From Lishizhenia sp. (lineage in GTDB: Bacteria; Bacteroidota; Bacteroidia; Flavobacteriales_D; Crocinitomicaceae): a stretch of DNA of 64,000 bases. The stretch spans positions 24,542-88,541 of the forward strand of contig SKGS01000031.1 of assembly GCA_007117355.1 (NCBI GenBank), in the 5' to 3' direction. A program made the translations under genes and the position numbers. A model generated the notes under the pieces. It was not told the origin of the DNA. It did not search any database and worked only from the letters and a program-made list of their open reading frames with translations. The number at the start of each line of letters is the position of its first letter. Position 1 is the stretch's first letter. Below, one piece after another: positions 20,261 through 29,330 of the stretch.

Positions 20261-23200
20261 CTATTTCCCATGACATTGCTTGTACTTCTTTCCACTACCA
20301 CAAGGACAAGGATCATTTCGATTGATTTTTTTCTCAGCAACCATTGGCTGTGGTTTAGGAGCACTCATTTGTTCTGACTGCGCCATTGCTTGGTCGTACC
20401 CTTCACTTCCACGAAACTGTTCTCTCGATGGAGCAGCAGTGTTCTGAGAACCAGCAGCAACTTGTGCTTGTGCATAGCTGTTTTTCATTTTCGCAGCTTG
20501 CGCTTGAACATTTTGCGGAGCAGCTTGAACAGGAATTACTCCTTTGATTAAAAATTCTACCGTTTCTTGATTTAATCTATCTAACATTGTTCTAAACAGG
20601 TTGAATGACTCAAGTTTATAAATAAGCAATGGGTCTTTTTGCTCATGACGAGCCTGTTGAACAGTCTGTCGTAAATCATCCATTTCTCGCAAATGCTCTT
20701 TCCATTCGTTGTCGATTAACCCGAGAACAATAGCCTTTTCAAATTCTTTTGTTATCGATTTACCTTGAGATTCATACCCTTTTTCGATTGTTGTAGAAAC
20801 CTCCAAACCTCTTTTTCCATCCGTTAACGGAACACGAATATGTTTTGGTCTATTTTCTGGATTTTGATAATGAACTTTTACATTTTCAAACACTAATCGA
20901 GCTATTTCAGCATTCTTTTCTTCATATCTAGCCAAGGCTGCTTCATAGACTTTCTCAATTACCGTTAAGGTATCCTTTCCTGCCAACTCTTCTTCAGAAA
21001 CTGGTGATTCAATACCTAGCACTTTGATTAATTCTAATTCAAAATCTTTGTATTTATCCTTTCCGTTAAATTGATTAACAATTAATTCAGCAGTGTCGTA
21101 GAACATATTAGCGATGTCTAAATCCAAACGTTCACCATAAAGTGCATTTTTACGTTTGCGATAAATCGCTTTTCTTTGGGCATTCATAACATCATCGTAT
21201 TCCAAAAGGTGCTTACGACTACCAAAGTTGTTTTCTTCTACTTTTTTCTGCGCTCTTTCGATAGACTTTGAAATCATTCGGTGTTGAATAACTTCTCCTT
21301 CTTTCAAGCCCATTCGGTCCATTAGTTTAGCTATTCTCTCTGAACCAAATTTACGCATTAAGTCATCTTCCAAAGACACGAAAAACTGCGAAGAACCTGG
21401 ATCACCTTGACGACCAGCTCTACCTCTTAACTGTCTATCCACTCGACGAGAATCATGACGTTCAGTACCTACGATAGCAAGTCCACCTGCTTCTTTCACT
21501 CCTTCACGAAGTTTAATATCCGTTCCACGACCCGCCATATTGGTTGCAATCGTTACAGCTCCTTTTTGTCCAGCTTCTGCTACAATTTCAGATTCACGTT
21601 GGTGTTGTTTCGCATTTAAAACATTGTGTTTAATATTTTTCATTTGTAACATTCTACTCAGTAATTCAGAAATTTCAACAGTTGTAGTACCTACAAGTAC
21701 AGGACGACCTTCTCCAACAAGTCTTTCTACTTCTAGGATAACAGCATTGTATTTTTCCCTTCCTGTTTTATAAACCAAATCATTTAAATCAAAACGTGCA
21801 ATTGGTTTATTGGTTGGAATTACCACAACATCTAATTCGTAAATATCCCAAAATTCTTTAGCTTCTGTTTCGGCTGTACCAGTCATACCAGCTAGTTTGT
21901 GGTACATTCTAAAGTAATTTTGCAAAGAAATACTTGCATAGGTTTGTGTTGCAGCTTCAACTTTTACATTTTCTTTGGCTTCAATTGCTTGATGTAATCC
22001 ATCTGAATATCTTCGGCCTTCCATAATACGACCAGTGGATTCATCTACAATTTTTACTTTGTCCTCAACGATGACATATTCTACTTCTTTTTCGAATAAA
22101 GTATATGCTTTCAATAATTGATTGATACTGTGAATACGTTCTGATTTTATAGAATAATCACGAATTAGTTCGTTTTTCTTTTGTGCTAATTCTTCCGCTT
22201 CACTGTATTGTTTTTCCAAATTTGCAAGCTCTGTTCCTATATCAGGAAGAATGTAGAAGTTAGGATCTTCTTTACCAGAAATTAAATCAATTCCCTTATC
22301 GGTTAAGTCTATTGTATTATTTTTTTCGTCAATGACAAAATAAAGTTCTCGGTCAATGATTGGCATTTGCTTATTTTGCTCAGCCATATAAAAATTTTCC
22401 GTTTTTTGAAGGTGAGCTTTAACGCCTGGTTCAGATAAAAACTTAATTAAAGCCTTATTTTTAGGAAGTCCTCTGAAAACACGTAAAAGTTTAATTCCGC
22501 CTTCTTCCAATCTTCGCTTTTGTTCTTTTTTATCGTCTAATGGTTCATTTAGAACAGCTAAGTCTTTTTTCGCTTCTGCCAATACCTTGGTGATAAGTGT
22601 TTTCTGAGCACTAACTACTCGCTCAACTTGTGGTTTGAGCGCAACATATTCTTGTTGGTCTCCTTTTGGAGTTGGCCCAGAAATAATTAAGGGGGTTCTT
22701 GCATCGTCAATTAATACGGAGTCAACTTCATCGATGATCGCATAATGATGCTTACGTTGTACCAAGCTTTCTGTATCACTTGACATATTATCACGCAGAT
22801 AGTCAAAGCCAAATTCATTATTTGTACCGAATGTAATGTTTGCTTTGTAGGCTTCTCTTCTTGCTTCAGAATTTGGTCTGTGCTTATCAATACAATCCAC
22901 ACTTAATCCATGGAACTGATACAATGGCCCCATCCATTCACTATCCCTTCTCGCAAGATAGTCGTTCACCGTTACGACATGAACACCTTTTCCAGCAAGT
23001 GCATTAAGGTAAACAGGAAGCGTTGCAACCAAGGTTTTTCCTTCACCTGTTTGCATCTCTGCAATATTTCCTCGGTGCAGAACCGCACCACCCATAAGCT
23101 GAACATCATAATGAACCATCACCCATTCTACTTCAGAGCCAGCGGCAGTCCATTTGTTTTTCCAGGTAGCTTTATCTCCATCAATGGTCAGACCATCATG

Positions 23201-23626
23201 CTTATTTGCTAAATTTCTATCAAAATCAGTCGCTGTAACAACTAGTTGACCATTTTCAGCCCAACGTCTAGAAGTTTCTTTTATCACAGCAAATGCCTCA
23301 GGAAGGATTTCTTCCAGCACTTCTTCGATTTTTTTATCAATCTCCTCTGAAAGTTTATCAATGCGTTCAAACAGTTTTTCTTTCTCTAGTACATCCGTCT
23401 TAGTATCGTTCGACTTATCTTCTAGATCGGTTACTTCTTTTTCAAAGTCAGCGATAGCTGTTTTAATCTTTTCTTGGAACCCAAGTGTCTTGGCCCTTAA
23501 ATCATCATCCGACAATCTTTGCAATCCAGCATAAACTTCATTAACTTTATCTATTATCGGTTGATAGTTCTTTCTATCCTTATCCGATTTATCTCCTAAA
23601 AATTTCTTTAATAATCCTCCAATCAT
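20261..23626 (-). CDS. secA: preprotein translocase ATPase SecA
   Basis: Walker [40 protein letters not shown], and the C-terminal zinc-binding tail [14 protein letters not shown]. 1121 aa. Confidence 0.97.
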   Translation of the reverse strand: MIGGLLKKFLGDKSDKDRKNYQPIIDKVNEVYAGLQRLSDDDLRAKTLGFQEKIKTAIADFEKEVTDLEDKSNDTKTDVLEKEKLFERIDKLSEEIDKKIEEVLEEILPEAFAVIKETSRRWAENGQLVVTATDFDRNLANKHDGLTIDGDKATWKNKWTAAGSEVEWVMVHYDVQLMGGAVLHRGNIAEMQTGEGKTLVATLPVYLNALAGKGVHVVTVNDYLARRDSEWMGPLYQFHGLSVDCIDKHRPNSEARREAYKANITFGTNNEFGFDYLRDNMSSDTESLVQRKHHYAIIDEVDSVLIDDARTPLIISGPTPKGDQQEYVALKPQVERVVSAQKTLITKVLAEAKKDLAVLNEPLDDKKEQKRRLEEGGIKLLRVFRGLPKNKALIKFLSEPGVKAHLQKTENFYMAEQNKQMPIIDRELYFVIDEKNNTIDLTDKGIDLISGKEDPNFYILPDIGTELANLEKQYSEAEELAQKKNELIRDYSIKSERIHSINQLLKAYTLFEKEVEYVIVEDKVKIVDESTGRIMEGRRYSDGLHQAIEAKENVKVEAATQTYASISLQNYFRMYHKLAGMTGTAETEAKEFWDIYELDVVVIPTNKPIARFDLNDLVYKTGREKYNAVILEVERLVGEGRPVLVGTTTVEISELLSRMLQMKNIKHNVLNAKQHQRESEIVAEAGQKGAVTIATNMAGRGTDIKLREGVKEAGGLAIVGTERHDSRRVDRQLRGRAGRQGDPGSSQFFVSLEDDLMRKFGSERIAKLMDRMGLKEGEVIQHRMISKSIERAQKKVEENNFGSRKHLLEYDDVMNAQRKAIYRKRKNALYGERLDLDIANMFYDTAELIVNQFNGKDKYKDFELELIKVLGIESPVSEEELAGKDTLTVIEKVYEAALARYEEKNAEIARLVFENVKVHYQNPENRPKHIRVPLTDGKRGLEVSTTIEKGYESQGKSITKEFEKAIVLGLIDNEWKEHLREMDDLRQTVQQARHEQKDPLLIYKLESFNLFRTMLDRLNQETVEFLIKGVIPVQAAPQNVQAQAAKMKNSYAQAQVAAGSQNTAAPSREQFRGSEGYDQAMAQSEQMSAPKPQPMVAEKKINRNDPCPCGSGKKYKQCHGK

Positions 23627-23648
23627 ATTGGTTTTCTTTTTCGCCGCC

Positions 23649-23656
23649 CAAAGTTA
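23649..23656 (-). promoter_or_regulatory. -7 promoter box (TAacTTTG) for secA
   Basis: The reverse complement of caaagtta matches TAnnTTTG and lies 22 nt upstream of the secA ATG. Confidence 0.45.
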
Positions 23657-23840
23657 AGGCTAATTGTTCTAGTTTAGGACATAATTTGTTAAAATCATGA
23701 AATAGGCGTGTAATTTTTCCGAAGTAATTGACTTTTTTCTCCAAAGTGCAGAGGAGTAATATTAATTCGCTATTCCATTATTACAAATTAATACCATTTA
23801 TTATATGCGAGTTTCGACAAATTTTTATCAATTTCGCAAA

Positions 23841-25076
23841 ATGCTGTTAAACCGACTTTGGATAAGCTTATTTGTCATTGCGATGGTTGTTGGACTATCG
23901 AAGTTTTTCTTTATGGGAGACCAACTCGTTTTTAAAGAGATTGTGGACGCTTTATTTTCGAGTGCAGAAACCTCATTTACAATCGCTTTATATTTAACAG
24001 GAGCACTTTGTTTGTGGATGGGCTTTATGCAAATTGGCGAAAAAGGTGGAGCAGTAAATTTATTGACAAGAGCTGTTAACCCGCTATTTATTCGTTTGTT
24101 TCCGGATATTCCCAAAAATCATCCAGCATTTGGTTCGATGATGATGAATTTTAGTGCTAATATGTTAGGGCTAGATAACGCAGCTACGCCTTTGGGTTTG
24201 AAGGCGATGAATCAATTACAAGAAATTAATCCAAATAAAGATACAGCGTCAAATGCTCAAATTATGTTTTTGGTGCTCAACACAAGTGGACTAACATTGA
24301 TTCCTGTTAGTGTTCTTGCTTATCGTTCGGGAGCTGGTTCTGTGTCACCATCCGAGGTCTTTTTACCAATTTTATTTTCTACTTTTTTCGCTTCTTTAAT
24401 AGGACTTATTGCAGTAGCTCTAAAACAAAAAATCAACTTGTTGCAACCGGTTATTTTAGCTTATTTAGGCGGTCTTACTTCTTTAATTGTCGGCCTTTTA
24501 TTATTTCTACAGTACAACCCTGATAAAATTTCAATGATTTCGAATGTTCTAGGTAACATGTTGCTTTTTGGAATTATTATTCTATTTATTTTTCTTGGTA
24601 TTCGAAAGAAAATCAACGTCTATGAATGTTTTATTGACGGAGCAAAAGGAGGCTTTGAGGTTGCGGTAAAAATCATTCCTTATTTAGTGGCTATTCTCGC
24701 AGCTATTGGAGTATTTAAAGCTTCTGGAGCAATGGACTTACTTTTTACTGGAATTAAATCTAGTTTGCACGTATTAAATATTCAGGCGAATCAGTTAATT
24801 GAAGCATTACCAACAGCTTTTATGAAACCGTTTAGTGGTGCAGCATCAAGAGGGATGATGATTGAAACTTTTTCCACCCATGGAGTAGATTCTTTTGTGG
24901 CTAAAATGGCCGCTACTTTTCAAGGCTCAACAGAAACAACTTTTTATGTTTTAGCTGTTTATTTTGGTTCGGTTGGAATTAAAAAAACGCGCTACGCAGC
25001 AGGTGTAGGACTTCTTGCAGATGCCGCTGGAATTATAGCTGCTATCATCATGTCATATTTGTTTTATAACATCTAA
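23841..25076 (+). CDS. nucleoside-recognition (Gate) domain membrane protein, SpmA/SpmB-like fusion
   Basis: Polytopic membrane protein. MLLNRLWISLFVIAM resembles the usual SpmA-type N-terminus, so I prefer the ATG at 23841 over the track start at 23805. The family call rests on overall resemblance only. Confidence 0.6.
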   Translation: MLLNRLWISLFVIAMVVGLSKFFFMGDQLVFKEIVDALFSSAETSFTIALYLTGALCLWMGFMQIGEKGGAVNLLTRAVNPLFIRLFPDIPKNHPAFGSMMMNFSANMLGLDNAATPLGLKAMNQLQEINPNKDTASNAQIMFLVLNTSGLTLIPVSVLAYRSGAGSVSPSEVFLPILFSTFFASLIGLIAVALKQKINLLQPVILAYLGGLTSLIVGLLLFLQYNPDKISMISNVLGNMLLFGIIILFIFLGIRKKINVYECFIDGAKGGFEVAVKIIPYLVAILAAIGVFKASGAMDLLFTGIKSSLHVLNIQANQLIEALPTAFMKPFSGAASRGMMIETFSTHGVDSFVAKMAATFQGSTETTFYVLAVYFGSVGIKKTRYAAGVGLLADAAGIIAAIIMSYLFYNI

Positions 25077-25080
25077 AAAG

Positions 25081-26397
25081 ATGCTTAAAAAGATGTTTAA
25101 GTTTTTTCAAATATTAATAATTATTGCCTTAACCGTTTCTTGTGCTTCCAATAAAGCAACGTTTAAAAATATTGTCATTCCGAAGCCAAAAACAGCGACT
25201 TATCCTCAGTCTCAAGTGGAGCCTAGTATTGCAATACATCCAACAAACCCGAAAATAGTAGTTGCAGGTACAGTGATGGATGATTATTATTTTTCTTTGG
25301 ACGGAGGTAAAACTTGGAAAAGCGAAACACTTAAAAGTGAATTTGGTGTAGGAGGAGACCCTGTGTTACATATTTCAGAAAAAGGGATTGTTCATTACGC
25401 ACATCTTTCCAATCCAAAGAATAGTGGTCATAAAATGGATAGAATTGTATGTCAATATAATTTATCGGTAGATGGAAAATGGAAGGATGCAGCAACAGAA
25501 GTAAATGGTTCTAAAATACAAGATAAACCTTGGATAGCTGAATGTCCACTTACTGGAAACCTCTATTTAACTTGGACTCAATTTGATGCTTATCAATCAA
25601 CCGCAGAGGAAGATTCTTCATTTATTTTCTTTTCAAAAAGTGAAGACGATGGTAAGTCATGGTCAAAACCCATTAGAATATCTAAGTTAGGCGGTGATTG
25701 TTTGGATGGAAATAACACCGTTGAAGGTGCTGTGCCAACGGTAAATAATGAGGGTGTTATTTTTGTTGGTTGGACAGGACCGCATGGGATACGTATGAAT
25801 AAAAGTTATGATTTTGGCAAAACATGGCTCGAAGAAGAGTTATTTGTAACCGATCATCCTGGAGGTTGGAAATTTGATATTCCCGGTTTGTATCGTTGTA
25901 ATGGACTTCCAATCACCAAGGTCGATAACTCTAGTGGTGCAAATGATGGAAGAATTTACATCAATTGGACAGACCAACGAAATGGAGAACAAGATACGGA
26001 TAATTGGTTTGTATTTTCGGATGATGACGGCGCAACGTGGTCTTCACCGATAAGAATAAATCAAGATACATCGAAACGCCATCAGTTTTTTACTTGGATG
26101 ACTGTAGATCAATATTCTGGTGCAGTATATTGGGTGTACTACGACCGACGAAACCACGAAAACACAGTGACCGATGTCTATCTCGCTTATAGTTTTGACG
26201 GTGGAGCAACGATTGAAGAAATATGTATAAGTGAAAAACCTTTTGTGCCAAGTGAAAAAGTCTTTTTTGGTGATTACACCAATATTGCTGCCGTCGATGG
26301 TCAAATTCGACCAATCTGGTCACGAATGGACGATGGAAATATCTCGCTTCTCACAGCACTTATTAGTGAAAAAAGATTGAAGCAAAAAAAGCGTTAA
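25081..26397 (+). CDS. BNR/Asp-box repeat lipoprotein, sialidase-like beta-propeller
   Basis: Lipoprotein signal (LTVSC). Four Asp-box motifs S.D.G.TW: SLDGGKTW, SEDDGKSW, SYDFGKTW, SDDDGATW. There is a 4-nt gap from the upstream gene. Confidence 0.75.
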   Translation: MLKKMFKFFQILIIIALTVSCASNKATFKNIVIPKPKTATYPQSQVEPSIAIHPTNPKIVVAGTVMDDYYFSLDGGKTWKSETLKSEFGVGGDPVLHISEKGIVHYAHLSNPKNSGHKMDRIVCQYNLSVDGKWKDAATEVNGSKIQDKPWIAECPLTGNLYLTWTQFDAYQSTAEEDSSFIFFSKSEDDGKSWSKPIRISKLGGDCLDGNNTVEGAVPTVNNEGVIFVGWTGPHGIRMNKSYDFGKTWLEEELFVTDHPGGWKFDIPGLYRCNGLPITKVDNSSGANDGRIYINWTDQRNGEQDTDNWFVFSDDDGATWSSPIRINQDTSKRHQFFTWMTVDQYSGAVYWVYYDRRNHENTVTDVYLAYSFDGGATIEEICISEKPFVPSEKVFFGDYTNIAAVDGQIRPIWSRMDDGNISLLTALISEKRLKQKKR

Positions 26398-26482
26398 TCT
26401 GCATTATTCATCAATCCGACACCTTTCATAAAATAACACATTGATTTAAAGTGTTTTAAATGAAGATATGGTGTTTTATTGC

Positions 26483-26510
26483 GTCCCCATTTTTTGGGAC
26501 ACTTCTTTTT
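26483..26510 (+). terminator. weak candidate terminator after the BNR gene
   Basis: gtccc (26483-26487) pairs with gggac (26496-26500), followed by a T-rich tail. The stem is short. Confidence 0.3.
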
Positions 26511-26558
26511 ATCAGATTTTGATTTAATTTTGACCTATTTGTCGTTACAAGACCCTCG

Positions 26559-26640
26559 AAATATACTTATATCCCTCCGTGTCTTGTGCCTAAAATAGCT
26601 TCAAAATTAAATACATGAACCGAGCACTTCAACAAGTTCC
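26559..26640 (+). repeat. dispersed intergenic module, copy A
   Basis: It shares the exact 12-mers aaatatacttat and atagcttcaaaa with copy B at 45765-45836. The two 12-mers are 36 nt (A) versus 35 nt (B) apart, start to start. Both copies then have gagcac...tcaa...caagtt. Confidence 0.6.
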
Positions 26641-26688
26641 CTTCGGCAAACTCAGGGCATCGCTGCATACCACTTGCGAGCTCAACGT

Positions 26689-26760
26689 GATACACTGAGT
26701 TTATCGAAGTGCGGTGTATCGAGCCCAGTCGAGATGCGATGTATTGAGTTTACCGAAATG
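26689..26760 (+). repeat. degenerate direct repeat with hairpin
   Basis: gatacactgagtttatcgaagtg (26689-26711) and gatgtattgagtttaccgaaatg (26738-26760) match at 18 of 23 positions. The first copy forms a gatacac/gtgtatc stem (26689-26695 with 26714-26720). Confidence 0.5.
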
Positions 26761-26808
26761 AAGTTAATAAATCGGGTTAATAAAAGAAAAAGGAAAATTT
26801 GAAAAGAA

Positions 26809-27105
26809 CTATCTTTTCTCCCATCTTTCAGGGTTCAACGAGGTATGAAACACTGCGGACACAATAACCACATTTTGTTTTTCATCAATAGAGAAGTGCA
26901 CCATAAAAGGAAAAACATCTAAAACTGCACATCGCGTATCATCGTAGCGTTCGGCTATTGCTTTGGGGTTTTTACAAATATAAGAAATTTTATTACGCAC
27001 TTCTTTTACAAAGCGTCTCCCAAGCCCTTTTTTCTTGTCATTGTACCAGCGAGCAGCTTCTTTTACATCCTTTTTGGCATCTGGTAAAATAACAGCTTTG
27101 TACAT
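26809..27105 (-). CDS. type II toxin, RelE/ParE superfamily
   Basis: 98 aa. It begins immediately after the stop of the upstream small gene, with no gap. The sequence pattern (...DAKKDVKEAARWY...) and size fit ParE-like toxins of Bacteroidetes. Confidence 0.7.
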   Translation of the reverse strand: MYKAVILPDAKKDVKEAARWYNDKKKGLGRRFVKEVRNKISYICKNPKAIAERYDDTRCAVLDVFPFMVHFSIDEKQNVVIVSAVFHTSLNPERWEKR

Positions 27106-27330
27106 TTACAAACTTTTCTCAATGTCGTCCATTGCTGCATCAAAGTCTTGTACTTCATTAGGATTGTTTTTGTAATCCTCAAGGCGTTTACGCACTTCTT
27201 TCATTTGCCATTCTGGTAAGGCAATTTGTTCAATATCTTTGTATTTATTTTTAAGTTCATTCCATTCTGAAATAGGAATAAAAACACCTGTTGTTTTCCC
27301 TGTATTATCTGAAATATATTGTACGTTCAT
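27106..27330 (-). CDS. cognate antitoxin (addiction-module component)
   Basis: 74 aa and acidic. It directly abuts the toxin ATG, in the usual antitoxin-first order. The C-terminal W..E...RL..Y..NP segment resembles the 'putative addiction module component' family. Confidence 0.6.
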   Translation of the reverse strand: MNVQYISDNTGKTTGVFIPISEWNELKNKYKDIEQIALPEWQMKEVRKRLEDYKNNPNEVQDFDAAMDDIEKSL

Positions 27331-28068
27331 ACTATTTAATTTTGTTTAACTTAAAATGCACTCACTGCGCTGTAAACCAATTAATCAATTAGTTGTACAA
27401 ATACGCCTTTGTTTTCTTCGTATTTCTACAATTGACAAAGAATCCCTCAATAATTGCATTCTAACAAATATACGAAAACTAAATCAGTTCATCAAAATAG
27501 TTTTACTGATTTTAATGGAACTATTTGAACAATAGAAAGTTTAAAACAACATCGTGCACAGAAAATATAGATTATAAAAGTCGAAATTCATCAAATAAGA
27601 CCTTAGACTTTGTACATTAATAAGTAATAAGGTTGTCGTCAACTGGAGGTTTAATCAAAAAGGAATAATGTCGAGAGGTTCAAAATGTCAAATACAAGCT
27701 AGGGCCGAAGATACACACAGTTTTTGTTTCAAAATATAGAGAAAGATTTGTAGGCATCTTAGAGATGATTTAGATTTTTGTAATTTTACGTTAGTAGATA
27801 GAAAAGAGACAGGGAAGAAGGCGGTATTCAAATTAAACCAAATGAATAAATATGAAAACATCTTTGGCAATATGTATCTTATTTTTAATAGTATCAACAT
27901 TTAATCTTACTAAAGTAAAGTTGAAATTTATAACTTCTAATTCTTACTTTTTAATGCTCACTTCGTTTTAGAAGCTTTTACAAACATCAATCCCACAGTT
28001 TACGGCTTTGTTTTGAATTGTTTTCAAACCGTTCAAAACCAATAACATGACTATAAGAAGTATGATTT

Positions 28069-28350
28069 TTACTCATAAAACCGGTGATCACCTTTGTTAA
28101 AAATAAAAGTAACAAGTTCGATGTTTTTACGGTTGACCTTGTAGATTAAAGAAACGTTTCTATGAATAACACATTTACGAAGTTTTTTGTACTTGGTAGC
28201 TGGGCAAAGTTGTTTGTTTTGGAGAGGTCTATCGAGTAAGATGTTTGTTTTTTGCTCAAAATCTAAGGCAATGTTTACAGGCCATTTTTTTAGAATATCA
28301 TCAATAATAGCTTCATATGCTTCTTTTGCTTCATTAGACCAAATTATCAT
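28069..28350 (-). CDS. type II toxin, RelE/ParE superfamily
   Basis: 93 aa, with a 4-nt ATGA overlap with the upstream 80-aa gene. Size and sequence pattern are typical of Bacteroidetes RelE/ParE-family toxins. Confidence 0.65.
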   Translation of the reverse strand: MIIWSNEAKEAYEAIIDDILKKWPVNIALDFEQKTNILLDRPLQNKQLCPATKYKKLRKCVIHRNVSLIYKVNRKNIELVTFIFNKGDHRFYE

Positions 28351-28589
28351 GCTTTTTTAGCCTTTAAGATACGTTCTTTTATTGAATTTCTAACCTCTTC
28401 ATCACTATGTGTTCTATTATTTTTTAAGTCGTCTAAACCTCTTTCAATTGAAGCTTTGTTTTCAATGCCGATTTCATCCCACCAATCATCAGTTTTTGTA
28501 AGTTCAATAAACTCCAATGTTTTGAGGTATTGAATTAATGCTTTTGCTTTAGCGTTTTTCTCGGATATTTTTATGGTGTAATTTTGCAT
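28347..28589 (-). CDS. putative antitoxin of the downstream RelE/ParE toxin
   Basis: 80 aa, overlapping the toxin start by 4 nt. It begins 12 nt after the XRE gene stop. Confidence 0.55.
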   Translation of the reverse strand: MQNYTIKISEKNAKAKALIQYLKTLEFIELTKTDDWWDEIGIENKASIERGLDDLKNNRTHSDEEVRNSIKERILKAKKA

Positions 28590-28601
28590 GATATAAGGGT
28601 T

Positions 28602-28967
28602 TTATAGAGTTGCTACTTTTTTGTTAAAGAAGTCTTTAAATTTCTTTTTAGTAAGCATAGTTTCAATTAATCTAAAGATAATACTTTTATCATCTTCATT
28701 AAGTTCTTGTATTAGTTTTAATTGTTCAAGTGTTGATTTATCCTGAATTTGAATTTCTTGAGGTATGTTTTTATCTAAATTAATAAGTTGGTCAACAGTT
28801 ATATTAAAAAACTGAGCAACTTTGTTTAAAGCAGAAACGGAAATCTCTCTTTGGTCATTTTCGATATTACTATAATTAGAACGATGCATATTAATTAAAT
28901 CAGCAATTTCTTGTTGTTTAATCCCTGGTTCTTCCCTTATTTTTCTAATGTTTGCACCTATTTCCAT
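28602..28967 (-). CDS. XRE-family helix-turn-helix transcriptional regulator
   Basis: The HTH_3 pattern IRKIREEPGIKQQEIADLINMHRSNYSNIENDQREISVSALNKVAQFF. I prefer the ATG at 28967 (MEIGANIRK) because a TAttTTTG box sits 17 nt upstream, inside the TTG-extended track ORF. Confidence 0.8.
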   Translation of the reverse strand: MEIGANIRKIREEPGIKQQEIADLINMHRSNYSNIENDQREISVSALNKVAQFFNITVDQLINLDKNIPQEIQIQDKSTLEQLKLIQELNEDDKSIIFRLIETMLTKKKFKDFFNKKVATL

Positions 28968-28984
28968 AGCATTAATTATTAATA

Positions 28985-28992
28985 CAAAAATA
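28985..28992 (-). promoter_or_regulatory. -7 promoter box (TAttTTTG) for the XRE/antitoxin/toxin cassette
   Basis: The reverse complement of caaaaata matches TAnnTTTG and lies 17 nt upstream of the ATG at 28967. Confidence 0.45.
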
Positions 28993-29107
28993 GTCAAAAA
29001 CAGCACTAAAAACAAAATAAGTTATTTTAAGGCAACTTTATATTGTCTTTAAGGAACGTTTTATTTGCTTTTGTAAAGTGTAAAATAGGAACATAAAAAC
29101 TAAGTCT

Positions 29108-29330
29108 ATGGAAATCCAAGAAATAAAAGCAACCTTAAAAATCGAGACGGATTTGGCGCATTATTGGGATAGTACCCGATAAAAACGGAATAATAAACTG
29201 TCCGTTTCACGATGATAAAACGCCGAATATGCAGGTTTACACGCATACAAACACGGTTTTTTGTTTTTCGGGGAACAGTGAGTTAAATAGCTTGCCATGC
29301 AACATTGCAGATTTTTTTCAGAAAAATTGA
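29108..29330 (+). pseudogene. frameshifted, truncated CHC2 zinc-finger DNA primase fragment (mobile-element type)
   Basis: Three frames together read MEIQEIKATLKIETDLAHYWDST / PDKNGIINCPFHDDK / TPNMQVYTHTNTVFCFSGNS.... This resembles the N-terminal CHC2 finger (CPFH..KTP...CF) of primases on Bacteroidetes mobile elements. One extra C in the accc run near 29175-29178 and one missing A in the A-run at 29218-29220 break the frame. The reading frame stops at 29330, far short of a full primase. Confidence 0.55.

Noticed and set aside
21540-23212. Plus- and minus-strand small ORFs (77, 63 and 100 aa) within secA
   Set aside because: All are embedded in secA, either antisense or out of frame, and none has independent support.
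27688-27900. 70-aa minus-strand ORF between the two toxin-antitoxin pairs
   Set aside because: The sequence is Leu/Phe/Ile/Lys-rich and low-complexity with no start context. It is most likely spurious in about 25% G+C DNA.
27852-27971. 39-codon plus-strand ORF with a signal-peptide-like N-terminus (MKTSLAICILFLIVSTFNL...)
   Set aside because: It is too short and has no conserved feature I can recognise. It may be the orphaned 5' end of a destroyed gene. It is mentioned under the spacer finding but not called as a gene.
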